NCBI RefSeq assembly: GCF_006345805.1 | Contig: NC_043004.1 | Span: 51,274,001 to 51,338,000, forward strand | From: Octopus sinensis | Lineage: Eukaryota | Reading direction: 5' to 3' | Length of the DNA stretch: 64,000 nt | Position numbers and translations under genes: made by a program | Shown: positions 53,534 through 64,000 of the stretch, one piece after another | Position numbering within the stretch: the stretch's first letter is position 1 | Layout: each line of letters starts with the position of its first letter | Notes under the pieces: generated by a model | What the model saw: only the letters and a program-made list of their open reading frames with translations | Databases searched by the model: none | What the model was told of the DNA's origin: nothing

Positions 53534-54743
53534 CAAGGGTTGGACAAAATAATGGAAACATCTTAAAACTTCAAGCAAATTTATTTTAATATGGAGTAGG
53601 ACTGCCTTTGGCAGTAATTACAGCTTGAATTCTATGAGGCATGGACTTGTACAGAGTTTGAATTGTTTCCAAAGGATATTTGGTCCATTCTTCAGCTAAA
53701 ACAGTCTCCAGTTCTTGTAGCGATGATGGAGGAGGATATCAACTCCTCACTTTTTTTCTAAAATGCACCATAAATGTCCAATAATATTGAGAACTGGGGA
53801 CTGTGGTGGCCAGATAAGATGTTCAGCATCACTAGAATATTCCTTGTGTCATTCAGTAACAACTTTAGCTGTGAAAATTGGTACATTATCATCCTGAAAG
53901 ATTGCGTTTCCCTCCGGAAACAGTTCCGCAACCTTAGGATTAATTCGATCAGATAAAATGCTTAAATAGTCTTGACTATTAATTCTACCATGAAGAGAAA
54001 CCATTGGGATGGTGGATTTCCAAGATATAGCACCCCAGATCATCACAGATCCTCCTTCATATTTAACAGTTGGAAGAAGGCAGTTTGGGTCAAATGCTTC
54101 TTCCGGCTGTCTCCACACATATACTCGGCTGGTGGTCAGAAATAGGGTATGTTTTTACTTCACTCCAAATGCTTTGCAACATTTGTTTTTGAAAGTAGTG
54201 GTTTTCTGATTGCAGTCCACCCATGAAATTCAGCTTTGTGCAGCTCTCGGTAAACAGATTTTGTGGAAACTAGGTTCTCGAGGTGGTCATTAAGCTCTTC
54301 AGTAATTTTGGGAGCTGTGCTTTTGTGATCGTTTCTAACAATTTGCCTAAGAATCCAACGGTCCCTATCTGAAAGTTTTGGATTTCTTCCAGAGTTTTGT
54401 TTTGACGAGGAGGTTTTTTCCCTTTTTCTCAAAGGCAATCATTGTTTTCAAGACAGTACTTCTTGATACACCAAACATTTCGGCTGTTTTCGTTAAGCTA
54501 GCACCTGCCATACGAACACCAACAATTTGTCCTCTTTGAAAGTCCGATAGATCTGTCATTTTCATGAATTTTAATTAGCTTTTTCTGATGATATCTGAAA
54601 AGAAACATTAATTTTAGCAAAACATATTAAGCAACACTAATAATAAATGAAATAACATAAAAATAAACAAGCTTTTGATGGTTTTATAGATATTTCAAAA
54701 TTATGATGCTATGACACTAGGTGTTTATTTTGTCCAACTCCTG
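53534..54743 (-). mobile_element. Tc1-like DNA transposon, full length, decayed transposase
   Basis: TA|CAAGGGTTGGACAAAATAA ... TTATTTTGTCCAACTCCTG|TA. Transposase from 54565: MTDLSDFQRGQIVG...GVSRSTV; TVKYEGGSVMIWG; FQDDNVPIFTA; WPPQSPVLNIIG. Inserted in the (TA)n of a family A SINE (53320-54915). Confidence 0.92.
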
Positions 54744-54916
54744 TATATAATATATAATGGGCTTCTTTCAGTTTCCTTCTACCAAATCCATACACACGAC
54801 TTTGGTCAGCCTAAGGCTATAGTAGAAGACGATTGCCCAAGATGCCATGCAATGGGACTGAACCCAGAACCATATGTTTGGTAAGCAAGCTACTTACCAC
54901 ACAGCCACTCCTATGC

Positions 54917-55017
<101 letters not shown>

Positions 55018-55065
55018 ATATATATACATATATCTACATACATACATATATATATATGTATGTAA

Positions 55066-55172
55066 ATAAATTAGAGAAGAACCACCATGTAGCAATACAA
55101 CAATATATATTAAATTATACCATATAGAAAAAAAAATTAGAATTGTTACATGGTGGTTCTTCTCTAATTTAT
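55066..55172. repeat. 31-bp near-perfect inverted repeat
   Basis: ATAAATTAGAGAAGAACCACCATGTAGCAAT / ATTGTTACATGGTGGTTCTTCTCTAATTTAT. Confidence 0.88.
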
Positions 55173-55289
55173 ATAAATATATTATATATTGTGAAATTTG
55201 ATTTAGTATTACTAAATGGAGTTTTTCCCTGTAAGTTTGGAATCATATTCCCTAATATTATTATTATTATATATATATGCACACACATA

Positions 55290-56725
55290 TATCATCATCA
55301 TCATCATCATCATCATTTAACGTCCGTTTTCCATGCTAGCATGGATTGGACGGTTCGACCAGGGTCTGGGAAGCCACGGCGGCTGCACCAGGCTCCAGTC
55401 TGATTTGGCAGTGTTTCTACAGCTGGATGCCCTTCCTAACGCCAGCCACTCCGTGAATGTAGTGGGTGTTTTTTACGTGCCACCGGCACAGGAGCCAGCG
55501 CAGGCTGGCAAACGGCTACGATTGGTTGGTGCTTTTACATGTCATCGACACGGACGCCAGTCAGGCAGCGCTAGTAACTGCTACACTCGAACGGTGCTTT
55601 TACGTGTCACCAGCACTAGTGTCTTAACGACAATTACCATTTGAATTTTTGATGTTGATGAACTTGACTCAACAGGTCTCCTCAAGAACAGCGGGTCACT
55701 CTATGATCCAAGGTCAGTGCAGCAGGCTGTCCTGCGAACATGAACTCACTTCATTTGTTGGGTCTTCGAATCCTCAAGAACAGTGAGTCACTCTATGATC
55801 CAAGGTTAGCACAGCAGACCGTCCTGCGAGCCATGAACTCACTTCATTTGTCGGGTCTTCGAAGTCACAGCATATCTCCAGAGGTCTCGGTCTTTCGTCA
55901 TAGCCTCTGTGAGGCTCAAAGTACAAAGGTCATACTTGACTACCTCGTCCCATGTCTTCCTGAGTCTACCTCTACCCCGGGTTCCTTCAATAGTTTGGGA
56001 GTGGCACTTCTTCACACATCTCTCCTCGTCCATCCTTAGTACATGACCATACCAACGCAATCGTCTCTCCTGTACGCTGCATCCAATGCTTCTTATGTCC
56101 AACATTTCTCTCAGGACGCTTACGCTCTGTCGTGCATGGACACTGACATTACAAATCTAGCGGATCATGCTAGCTTCATTTCTTTCAAGCCTACGCATGT
56201 CCTCCGCAGTCACAGCCCACGTTTCACTGTGATGAAGCATGGCAGTTTGCACACATGATTCATACAACCTCTCTGAGCATCCACCCCTGCTACTAACTTG
56301 GTCACCTAGGTATCAGAAACTATCAACTACTTCTAGTTCCTCCCCAAGGAGTGTAATAGAATCTGTTTTCTGAGTGTCAATGGTGTCAATTGCCCCTGTG
56401 CATCTGCCGCACACGAAAGCTATCTTCTCAGTTAATTATCCTTTGATATTGTTGCACCTCTTATGTGTCCATAGCTTACACTGGGTACACCTTATGGAGT
56501 TTCTACCTACACCTTTTCTACAGATCGAGCAGGGCCACTTACCTGAAGGGGTGTGTGGTGAGTTTGCCTTCCTACTTACTAGAACTTTGGTCATTGCTAC
56601 ATTGACTCTAAGGCCTTTTGATTCTAAACCTAGCTTCCACACATGAAATTTCTTCTCTAGTTCCGGTAGCGATTCTGCTACAAGGGTTAGGTCATCAGCA
56701 TAGAGGAGCTCCCACGATTAGCAGA
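55290..56725 (-). mobile_element. RTE LINE, 5'-truncated and internally deleted
   Basis: WELLYADD (YADD at 56702-56691), CSICRKGVGRNSIRCTQC, RRLRWYGHVLRM...RKTW; (GAT)n tail at about 55290-55315. Confidence 0.9.
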
Positions 56726-56959
56726 CCCTCTTCCTAGTTAGAGGTGCGCCCGCCCTCCCACCACCTCCATCTGTACTGGAAGTTCCTATCCTTTGCTATC
56801 TTTGGGTTGCCTCCTATGAACACTGCAAAAGGCATTCCACAATCCCCACCCCAAGTCTTGGGCAATCTCCTATGTAAGGTAATGATCATATAGTGCAAAA
56901 TATGAAAGTATGCAGGTTGAACTGAAGGCTACTGTATTGCTTGCTCATGAATTCTGCCA

Positions 56960-59900
56960 AATGCGAGTTTTCTTTTCAGGTACATGAAGCTGCTGTACCC
57001 CGTCCCAGGGTCTCTAGGGCCCATACCTCCCACACCCTCAGGGTTGGTACCCTCAACGTTGGCACACTGAAAGGTAGGTCTGGGGAGATAGTCGAGATGC
57101 TTGAACGGAGATGTGTTAATATATGTTGCATCCAAGAAGTAAGGTGGAGAGGAGGTTCTGCTAGGTTCCTCACAGGCAAAGAACACAGGTACAAGATTTT
57201 CTGGGCAGGGAACACTGACAGGGTTGGGGGCATGGGTATACTAATGACAGAGACCTTCTCTTTGTGGCTGGTGACTTCAATGGGCATGCTGGGGGCTTCC
57301 ATGGTGTACATGGAGGCTACGGTTATGTACAGGCTGCTGGAGTTCTGTGATGCAAATGATCTTATGGTTTGCAACACTAACTTCAGGAAACCTACCAGCC
57401 ACCTAGTCACCTACCGATCGGGCCGACATACTAGCCAAATTGACTACATCCTTTCCAGGAAAAGGGAAAGATGGCAGCTTATAAATGCCAAAACCTTCCC
57501 AGGCGAAGAATGTACCCCACAACATAGACTGGTAGTTAGTGACTTTAGGATCAGGACTAAGAGGATGACCAGAAGACGACCAACATGGAGAAGAAGGGTC
57601 TGGAAGCTTAAAGATCCTACGAATGGACAGAGATTTAGGGACATATTACTTAAAGCCTTTGACAAAGTAGAAGGGGATATAGCTTCACATGGGGTAGAAG
57701 ACAACTGGAGGCTTCTAAGGGACAACCGGCTGAGAGTCACTGACCAGATCTGTGGATTTTGCAAAGTCCCCTTTCAACCCAGAATAACGTGGTGGTGGAA
57801 CAATGTTGTAGACAGGGCTATTAGAGAAAAGAGACAGGCTTGAAAGGACTGGAAAAATGGTGGTAGCAGGGAATTGTATCAGACTGCCAAAAGAGAAGCT
57901 AGGAGACAGGTTTATTTAGCCAGAGGGGAAGCAGATAAGAAAAAATTTGCCAATGTTCTGCGCTGTGAGGATAAAAGACTTGAGGTATTTCGTGTTGCAA
58001 GACAGTGTGTGAGAGAGAATCGTGATGTTGTAGGAGAGAAATGTGTCCACATGGATGATGGGTCACTTGCACTAAAGGAGGCTGCAAAGAGAGAGGTTTG
58101 GAGACGCCACTATGAAAGGTTGCTGAACAAAGAAAATGAATGGGAGAAACAGAGTCTGCCGATTGTCGACCCAACAGAGGGACCAGCTATCCGAGTTGAC
58201 AGCACCTTGGTAGTCAAAGCAATTAAGAGTATGAAGACAGAGAAAGCCCCAGGCCCGTCAGGAATTACTGCAGTGATGCTCAAAATATCTGGCAGTGTCA
58301 GCATTAGCCTGGTCACCCGTATAGTTAACCAGGTGATACATGAAGGAGTCATACCCAATGACTGGTGTAGCAGCATACTAGTCAACTGCTACAAAGGAAA
58401 AGGTGACGCTTTAGATACAAATAATTACAGAGGTATCAAGCTCTTGGATCAGGTAATGAAGGTCACGGAGAGGGTCATAGCCCAACAAATTAGGGAAAGA
58501 GTCAGTTTGGATGAGATGCAGTTTGGTTTCGTGCCAGGGAAAAGTACCACTGATGCTATATTTCTGGTTAGACAGCTGCAGGAGAAATACCTAGCCAAAG
58601 ATAAGCCCCTGTACCTGGCTTTCGTTGACATGGAGAAAGTCTTCGACAGGGTCCCCCAATCCCTTATCTGGTGGTCAATAAGGAAACTAGGTATAGATGA
58701 ATGGTTAGTGGAAGCTGTGCAAGCCATATACAGGGACGCTGTCAGTAAGGTGAGGGTTGGCAACGAGTTCAGTGAAGAATTCCGGGTAGAGGTAGGGGTC
58801 CACCAAGGTTCAGTCCCCAGCCCCCTCCTATTTATTATAGTCCTCCAGGCAATAACAGGGGAATTGCTGAGTCACTAACAGAACTAGAGGAGAAGTTTTA
58901 AGTGTGGAAACAAGGATTAGAATCAAAAGGCCTTAAAGTCAACCTCGCTAAAACCAAAGTCCTAATAAGTAGGAAGGCAGGCAAACCACAAATCCCTTCA
59001 GGTAGATGGCCCTGTTCGATATGTAGAAAAGGCGTAGGTATAAACTCTATAAAATGTACCCAGTGTAAACTATGGACACATAAGAGGTGCAGCAATATCA
59101 AAGGAAGGCTAACTGGAAGGATAGTTTTCATATGTGGCAGATGCTCGGGCCCTATAAATAACACTGAAAATGTCCAGAAAACAACTTCCGTCACTTTCCA
59201 GGGAGAAAAACTAGAAGTAGTTGATAGTTTCCGTTACCTAGGTGACCAAATCAGTAGCGGGGGAGGGTGCACTGAAAGTGTAGCTGCTAGAGTAAGAATA
59301 GCTTGGGCAAAGTTCAGAGAGCTCTTACCTCTGCTGGTGACAAAGGGCCTCTCGCTCAGAGTAAAAGGTAGACTTTATGATGCATGTGTACGAACAGCCA
59401 TGCTACATGGCATTGAAGCATGGGCCATGACTGCTGCGTAAGCTTGCAAGGAATGAAGCCAGCATGCTCCGATGGATGTGTAATGTCAGTGTGCATACTC
59501 GACAGAGTGTTAGTGCCCTGAGAGAAAAGTTGGACCTAAGAAGCATCAGATGCAAGAGAGACAACTGCGCTGGTATGGTCATGTGGCGAAAATGGATGTC
59601 GATAGCTGTGTGAAAATTGTGCCACACCCTAGCAGTTGAGAGAACCTGTGAAAGAGGTAGACCCAGGAAGACCTAGGATGAGGTGGTGAAGCATGACCTT
59701 CAAACATTGGGCCTCACCGAGGCAATGACTAGTGACCAGGACCTCTGGAAATATGCTGTGCTGCAGAAACTCAGCAAGCGCAAGTGTGACCATAACCTTG
59801 TGGCCTATGCTAGGGGTGTAACCAGTCCAATTATGCGTGCCTTTTCTTCACTGGACACTAAACTCTGCTTGCGAAGACCTGTTGAGGTAAATGAAATCAA

Positions 59901-60369
59901 AGTCGAAATCAAATTCGGTGACTGGCATCCGTTGCTAGTGGAGCGCTAAGAGTACCATACGAGTGAGATCGTTGCCAGAGCAACAAGCTGGTCTTTGTGC
60001 CGATGGCACGTTAAGTACACCATTCAAGTGTGATCGTTACCGCGTCGCCTTACTAGCACTTGTGCTGGTGGCATGTGAAATATTCGAGCGAGGTCGTCGC
60101 CAGTGCCGCTTGACTGGCTCCTGTGCAGGTGACACGTAAAAAGCACCATTTGGGCGTGGCTGTTGCCAGTACCACCAAACTGGCCCTCATGCCAGTGGCA
60201 TGTAAAAGCACCCACTACACTCTTAGAGTGGTTGGCGTTAGGAAGAGCATCAAGCTGTAGAAACTCTGCCAGATCAGACTGGAGTCTGGTTCACCAGACC
60301 TCAGTGAAATCGTCCAACACATGCTAGCACGGAAAGCTGATGTTAAATGATGATGATGATGATGATGAT
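56960..60369 (+). mobile_element. RTE-clade LINE, near full length, disrupted
   Basis: APE domain (RVGTLNVGTLKG, CCIQEVRW, GDFN, SQIDYILS, PQHRLVVSDF), RT domain (NYRGIKLL, QFGFVPGKSTTDAIF, AFVDMEKVFDRV, GVHQGS), zinc finger, 3' UTR and (GAT)n tail; stops and frameshifts present. Confidence 0.95.
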
Positions 60370-61394
60370 ATCTACATATATATAGATATATATGTATATA
60401 TAAATGTATATATATATATGTATATGTAATGTATATGTATACACACACACACACACACACACCACACACACACATATATATATAAATATACACACACATA
60501 CATTTACTTCCATATTTATGTGTATCAAACTAGTCAAGCTACTACTTAGAAACGTTTTCACACTCCTCGCATGTGGTCCCTCTCTTAAACACAGTGGGGC
60601 AGTTCTTCATGAGAGATACAGCTGTAATATCGATTATAACCATATTGAATAACTCCATGACAAACACCTTCAATGTCTCCTATGCCCCCCTATTTTAAAA
60701 ACAGTAGGGAGTTGTTTTATGGCGATTTGACTGTTACATATGTAAGGTCAATCTATGTACAATTTTTATAAGCTTCATTACTCAACCATGTGGTCCCTAT
60801 TTCAGTAAGAATTAGCAGCAGTGTCAAACATTGTAAATCAATTAAATACATACCCCCTTGTTTGTTTAGGTGGTATCTATTTTAAACATAAGGAGAATAC
60901 GCAATATACAGTCATTAAATGCTAGTAGTCAGAATTGATAACAGAAAATAAATAAGGCAGCATTCGTTTTTTTTTCCTTTTCCTTGTTGAATTTGTGAAA
61001 ATTACATACAAACAGACAGTGCCATCTGTCTATGAGTTGCACCAAACTTTAATCTCCTGTCACAAAGTGACGAGAAGGAGGTGCAAAAGTGCGAAAGTGA
61101 AATAATTATGCGGAGACACGTTAAATAAACATGATGATACTGTTCCGTTATTCGTGTGTGTGTGTGTGTGAATACATATGCATCTGCGGGTGAATAGCGG
61201 GTAACTTAATATATGTATGCACAAGTGCAAGTGTTCCGAAATATAAGAGGAAGTATACATCCAAAACTATCTATTTATTTATTCATCTATCTTTCTACAT
61301 CTATCCCTCTCTCTCTCTCTCTCCTCTCCCTCTCTCGCTCTCTCTCTTGCCATATATATATATATAATCATACATTTATATGTACGTATATACA

Positions 61395-61441
<47 letters not shown>

Positions 61442-62258
61442 ATATATATATATAATATATATATATATATATGGCTGTGTGGTAAGTAGCTTGCTAACCA
61501 ACCACATGGTTCCGGGTTCAGTCCCACTGCGTGGCAAGTGTCTTCTGCTATAGCCCCGGGCCGACCAATGCCTTGTGAGTGGATCTGGTAGACGGAAACT
61601 GAAAGAATCCCATCGTATATATGTATATATATATGCACTTGTGTGTCTGTGTTTGTCCCCCTAGCATTGCTTGACAACCGATGCTGGTTGTCCCCGTTAC
61701 TTAGCGGTTCGGCAAAAGAGACCGATAGAATAAGTACTGGACTTACAAAAGAATAAGTCCCGGGGTTGAGTTACTCGATTAAAGGCGGTGCTCCAGCATG
61801 GTCGCAGTCAAATGACTGAAACAAGTAAAAGAGTATATATATATATAAAACTATGAAAATGTCCTACTGTGTGGAACCTTAGGTAAGTGTCTTCAGCTAT
61901 AGCCTTGGGTCAGCTAAAGCTTTACGAGTGGATTTGGTAAGGGAAACTGAAAGGAGCTCTTCATATACATACACACACACAAATATATATATATGTGTGT
62001 GTGTATGTATGTGCCCGTGTATTTGTGTGTCTTTGTTTGTCCCCTCCACCATCCTTTGACAACCAATGCTGGTGTGTTTATGTTGCCATAACTTAGTAGT
62101 TCGGCAAAAGAGACTGATAGAATAAGTACTAGGCTTACAAAGAATGAGTCCTGGGGTTGATTTGTTTGACTAAAGGTGGTGCTCCAGCATGGCCGCAGTC
62201 AAATGTCTGAATCAAATAAAAGAGTAAAAGAGTATATATATATATATGTATGTACATA

Positions 62259-63125
62259 CTAGCTGACGTACCCTGTAATTCCCAGGAAAGCAGGGCATAT
62301 CCCTTGGTTCCGTTCTCATAATTGTTTCGCTAATCCAATAACAACAATACAAAGTATGTAACCCTTAAAACGAATTTTGTGCATTTACAGAGAATACCAA
62401 ACTGTCTTACACAGGATCTTGTTTCTAGGAACTCCCAATAAGTTATGAATATCCAAATTGTGAAGTCAGTTATGTAATAACATGAAACTATTTACCTGAT
62501 ATTAAAAATCCAAATAAAGTGGTCCCATAAAGGACTTTAATGCATTCCCAGAGTATATAGAACATAGGAGCAAATACTAATAAGGTATGTATACTGAAAT
62601 TGTGAAGTATGTTATGTAATAACAGGGTAATCACATATGAGATAATAAAAATTCAAAGTGAATAGCTCTGAAAAGGGCTTTTGTGCATTCCCAGAGAATA
62701 TTACCCTCAGAGGTGCTAGTGTTGGTATATGCATGAATAAATCACTAACCAAAATAAGTGGATCTATTGTTTAGGAAAATACTATTCACTTGTTTAAGGG
62801 TTGTACTGGATAAATTGCGAAATTAACTCTAACAGTTCAAATACTAAGAAATAAACACTCAGTTTCATTTTTACCAAATAATTTAGGAAAATTAATGGTT
62901 ATTTCCCTTGGCTATATATAAAGATCCCTTCCAGGGGCCCTATTGTTGATATTTTTCAACAATCTGAGTATGCCATGAGGTTTCCAGACATGAGTTCTAC
63001 TCATGTATCAAGTTTCATCAAAGTCGATAAAACAATGTAGGAGGAGTTAGCGAACAACCCCACAAACACAACCACAGACAAAATTTCCCACATATGTCAT
63101 TTATATATATATATATATATATATA
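62259..63125 (-). mobile_element. Non-autonomous Helitron-like element (family H3)
   Basis: Minus strand CCTG-ggaatta-CAGG...GTCAG-CTAG|T at 62259; AAGTTTCATCAAAGTCG motif and AT-rich 5' end near 63010-63125; the 5' boundary is uncertain. Confidence 0.6.
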
Positions 63126-63369
63126 CAAAATAAGAAAATGGAGAAATACATCTAAATCAAATATCAATTACCAGATAATACTCAATCACATACTTTATTA
63201 AACCACCACATAAGAGACCATAGGGTTAAACATAAAAAAGTAGAACAAAACAGTGTACATAAAGGAATGTACATAAAAAAGTGTACATAAAAGAGTAATG
63301 TTATACAATAAGTAGAATATATATAAGAGAATATAAATATAAGTAAATATAAATATAAATATAGATTAC

Positions 63370-63496
63370 ATCTTACAGCTGTTTCGGCCATGTAGATAAG
63401 TATGTCTCATTTTACTAATATTAGCCTTTTATGGTAGGTCAATATGTAGTTATAAATGAGACATTTACAAAAATATCATAAGGCCTCTTCGGAGAT
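63370..63496 (-). ncRNA. Type I hammerhead fold, U4C core, long stem II insert
   Basis: ATCT-CCGAAGA-GGCC...GGCC-GAAA-CAGCTG-T-A-AGAT. Confidence 0.62.
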
Positions 63497-63927
63497 TATG
63501 TGATATAAATCAGTCTACATATATACCCATATGGGTGTGGGTACATACCCATAATACAACATATACATATACATATGAGTGCATATACTCACACTCCTAT
63601 ACATATAAATATATACATATACATAATGATATAAATAATATAAATTAGTAAACATACATATGTTCCACATTCAATGTTACAATTTTTCAACTTAATATTG
63701 TGATAATAAACATAAACATATTAGTACCTAAATGCAGATATACAGAGTCAATAGTACATTATATTAATTCCTACTAATTTCTAAAGTGTCATTAAAGTTA
63801 GCATCATTATCGTTGTCAATACCATTAATGCTACCAATATCATCATTCATATTATTATTAATAACGCTTACATTAGGATCCATAGTTGCACATATGTACG
63901 TCCGGGTTCAAGTTTGTAATTTTCCTT

Positions 63928-64000
63928 GTAGACTGATTTATATCACATAATCTCCGAAGAGACCTTATGATATTTTTGTAAATGTCTCATTTATAACTAC
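63928..64000 (+). repeat. Inverted copy of 63446-63518 (pseudo-LTR-like), cut by the window end
   Basis: 73 bp with one mismatch; includes ATCT-CCGAAGA at 63950-63960. Confidence 0.9.

Noticed and set aside
56760-56990. HDV-like ribozyme at the RTE 5' end
   Set aside because: Expected from some RTE families, but I could not build the nested pseudoknot, and the copy may be 5'-truncated.

Overview
Eukaryotic, extremely repeat-dense DNA with no recognisable host protein-coding gene and no prokaryotic features or CRISPR. The mix of tRNA-derived SINEs, RTE LINEs with (GAT)n tails and very long microsatellites points to a cephalopod, probably Octopus (inference, not verified). The window holds three decayed Ty3/Gypsy elements, a near-full-length RTE LINE and fragments, tandem Tx1-type 3' fragments in (GATA)n, a Tc1 element, a mariner fragment, hAT, piggyBac-like and Mutator-like MITEs, several non-autonomous Helitrons and two Penelope-like elements (PLEs). 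Most ORF-track entries are microsatellite or antisense artefacts. The main signals the ORF track misses are: (1) hammerhead-ribozyme (HHR) folds at 28199, 42614, 46319, 50797, 51267 and 63370, a partial copy at 63950, and weaker variants at 4053 and 34347, several in inverted pseudo-LTR pairs; (2) a tRNA/Pol III-headed ~250-bp element whose tail carries an HHR, a candidate PLE-dependent ribozyme SINE; (3) a SINE family whose last ~55 nt match the Tx1 3' tail and that shares its TATCTA-type target, with 15-17-bp TSDs; (4) a Mutator-like foldback element carrying telomeric repeats; (5) a weakly supported spliced non-coding + strand transcript. All structures were read by eye; no database search or folding program was run.
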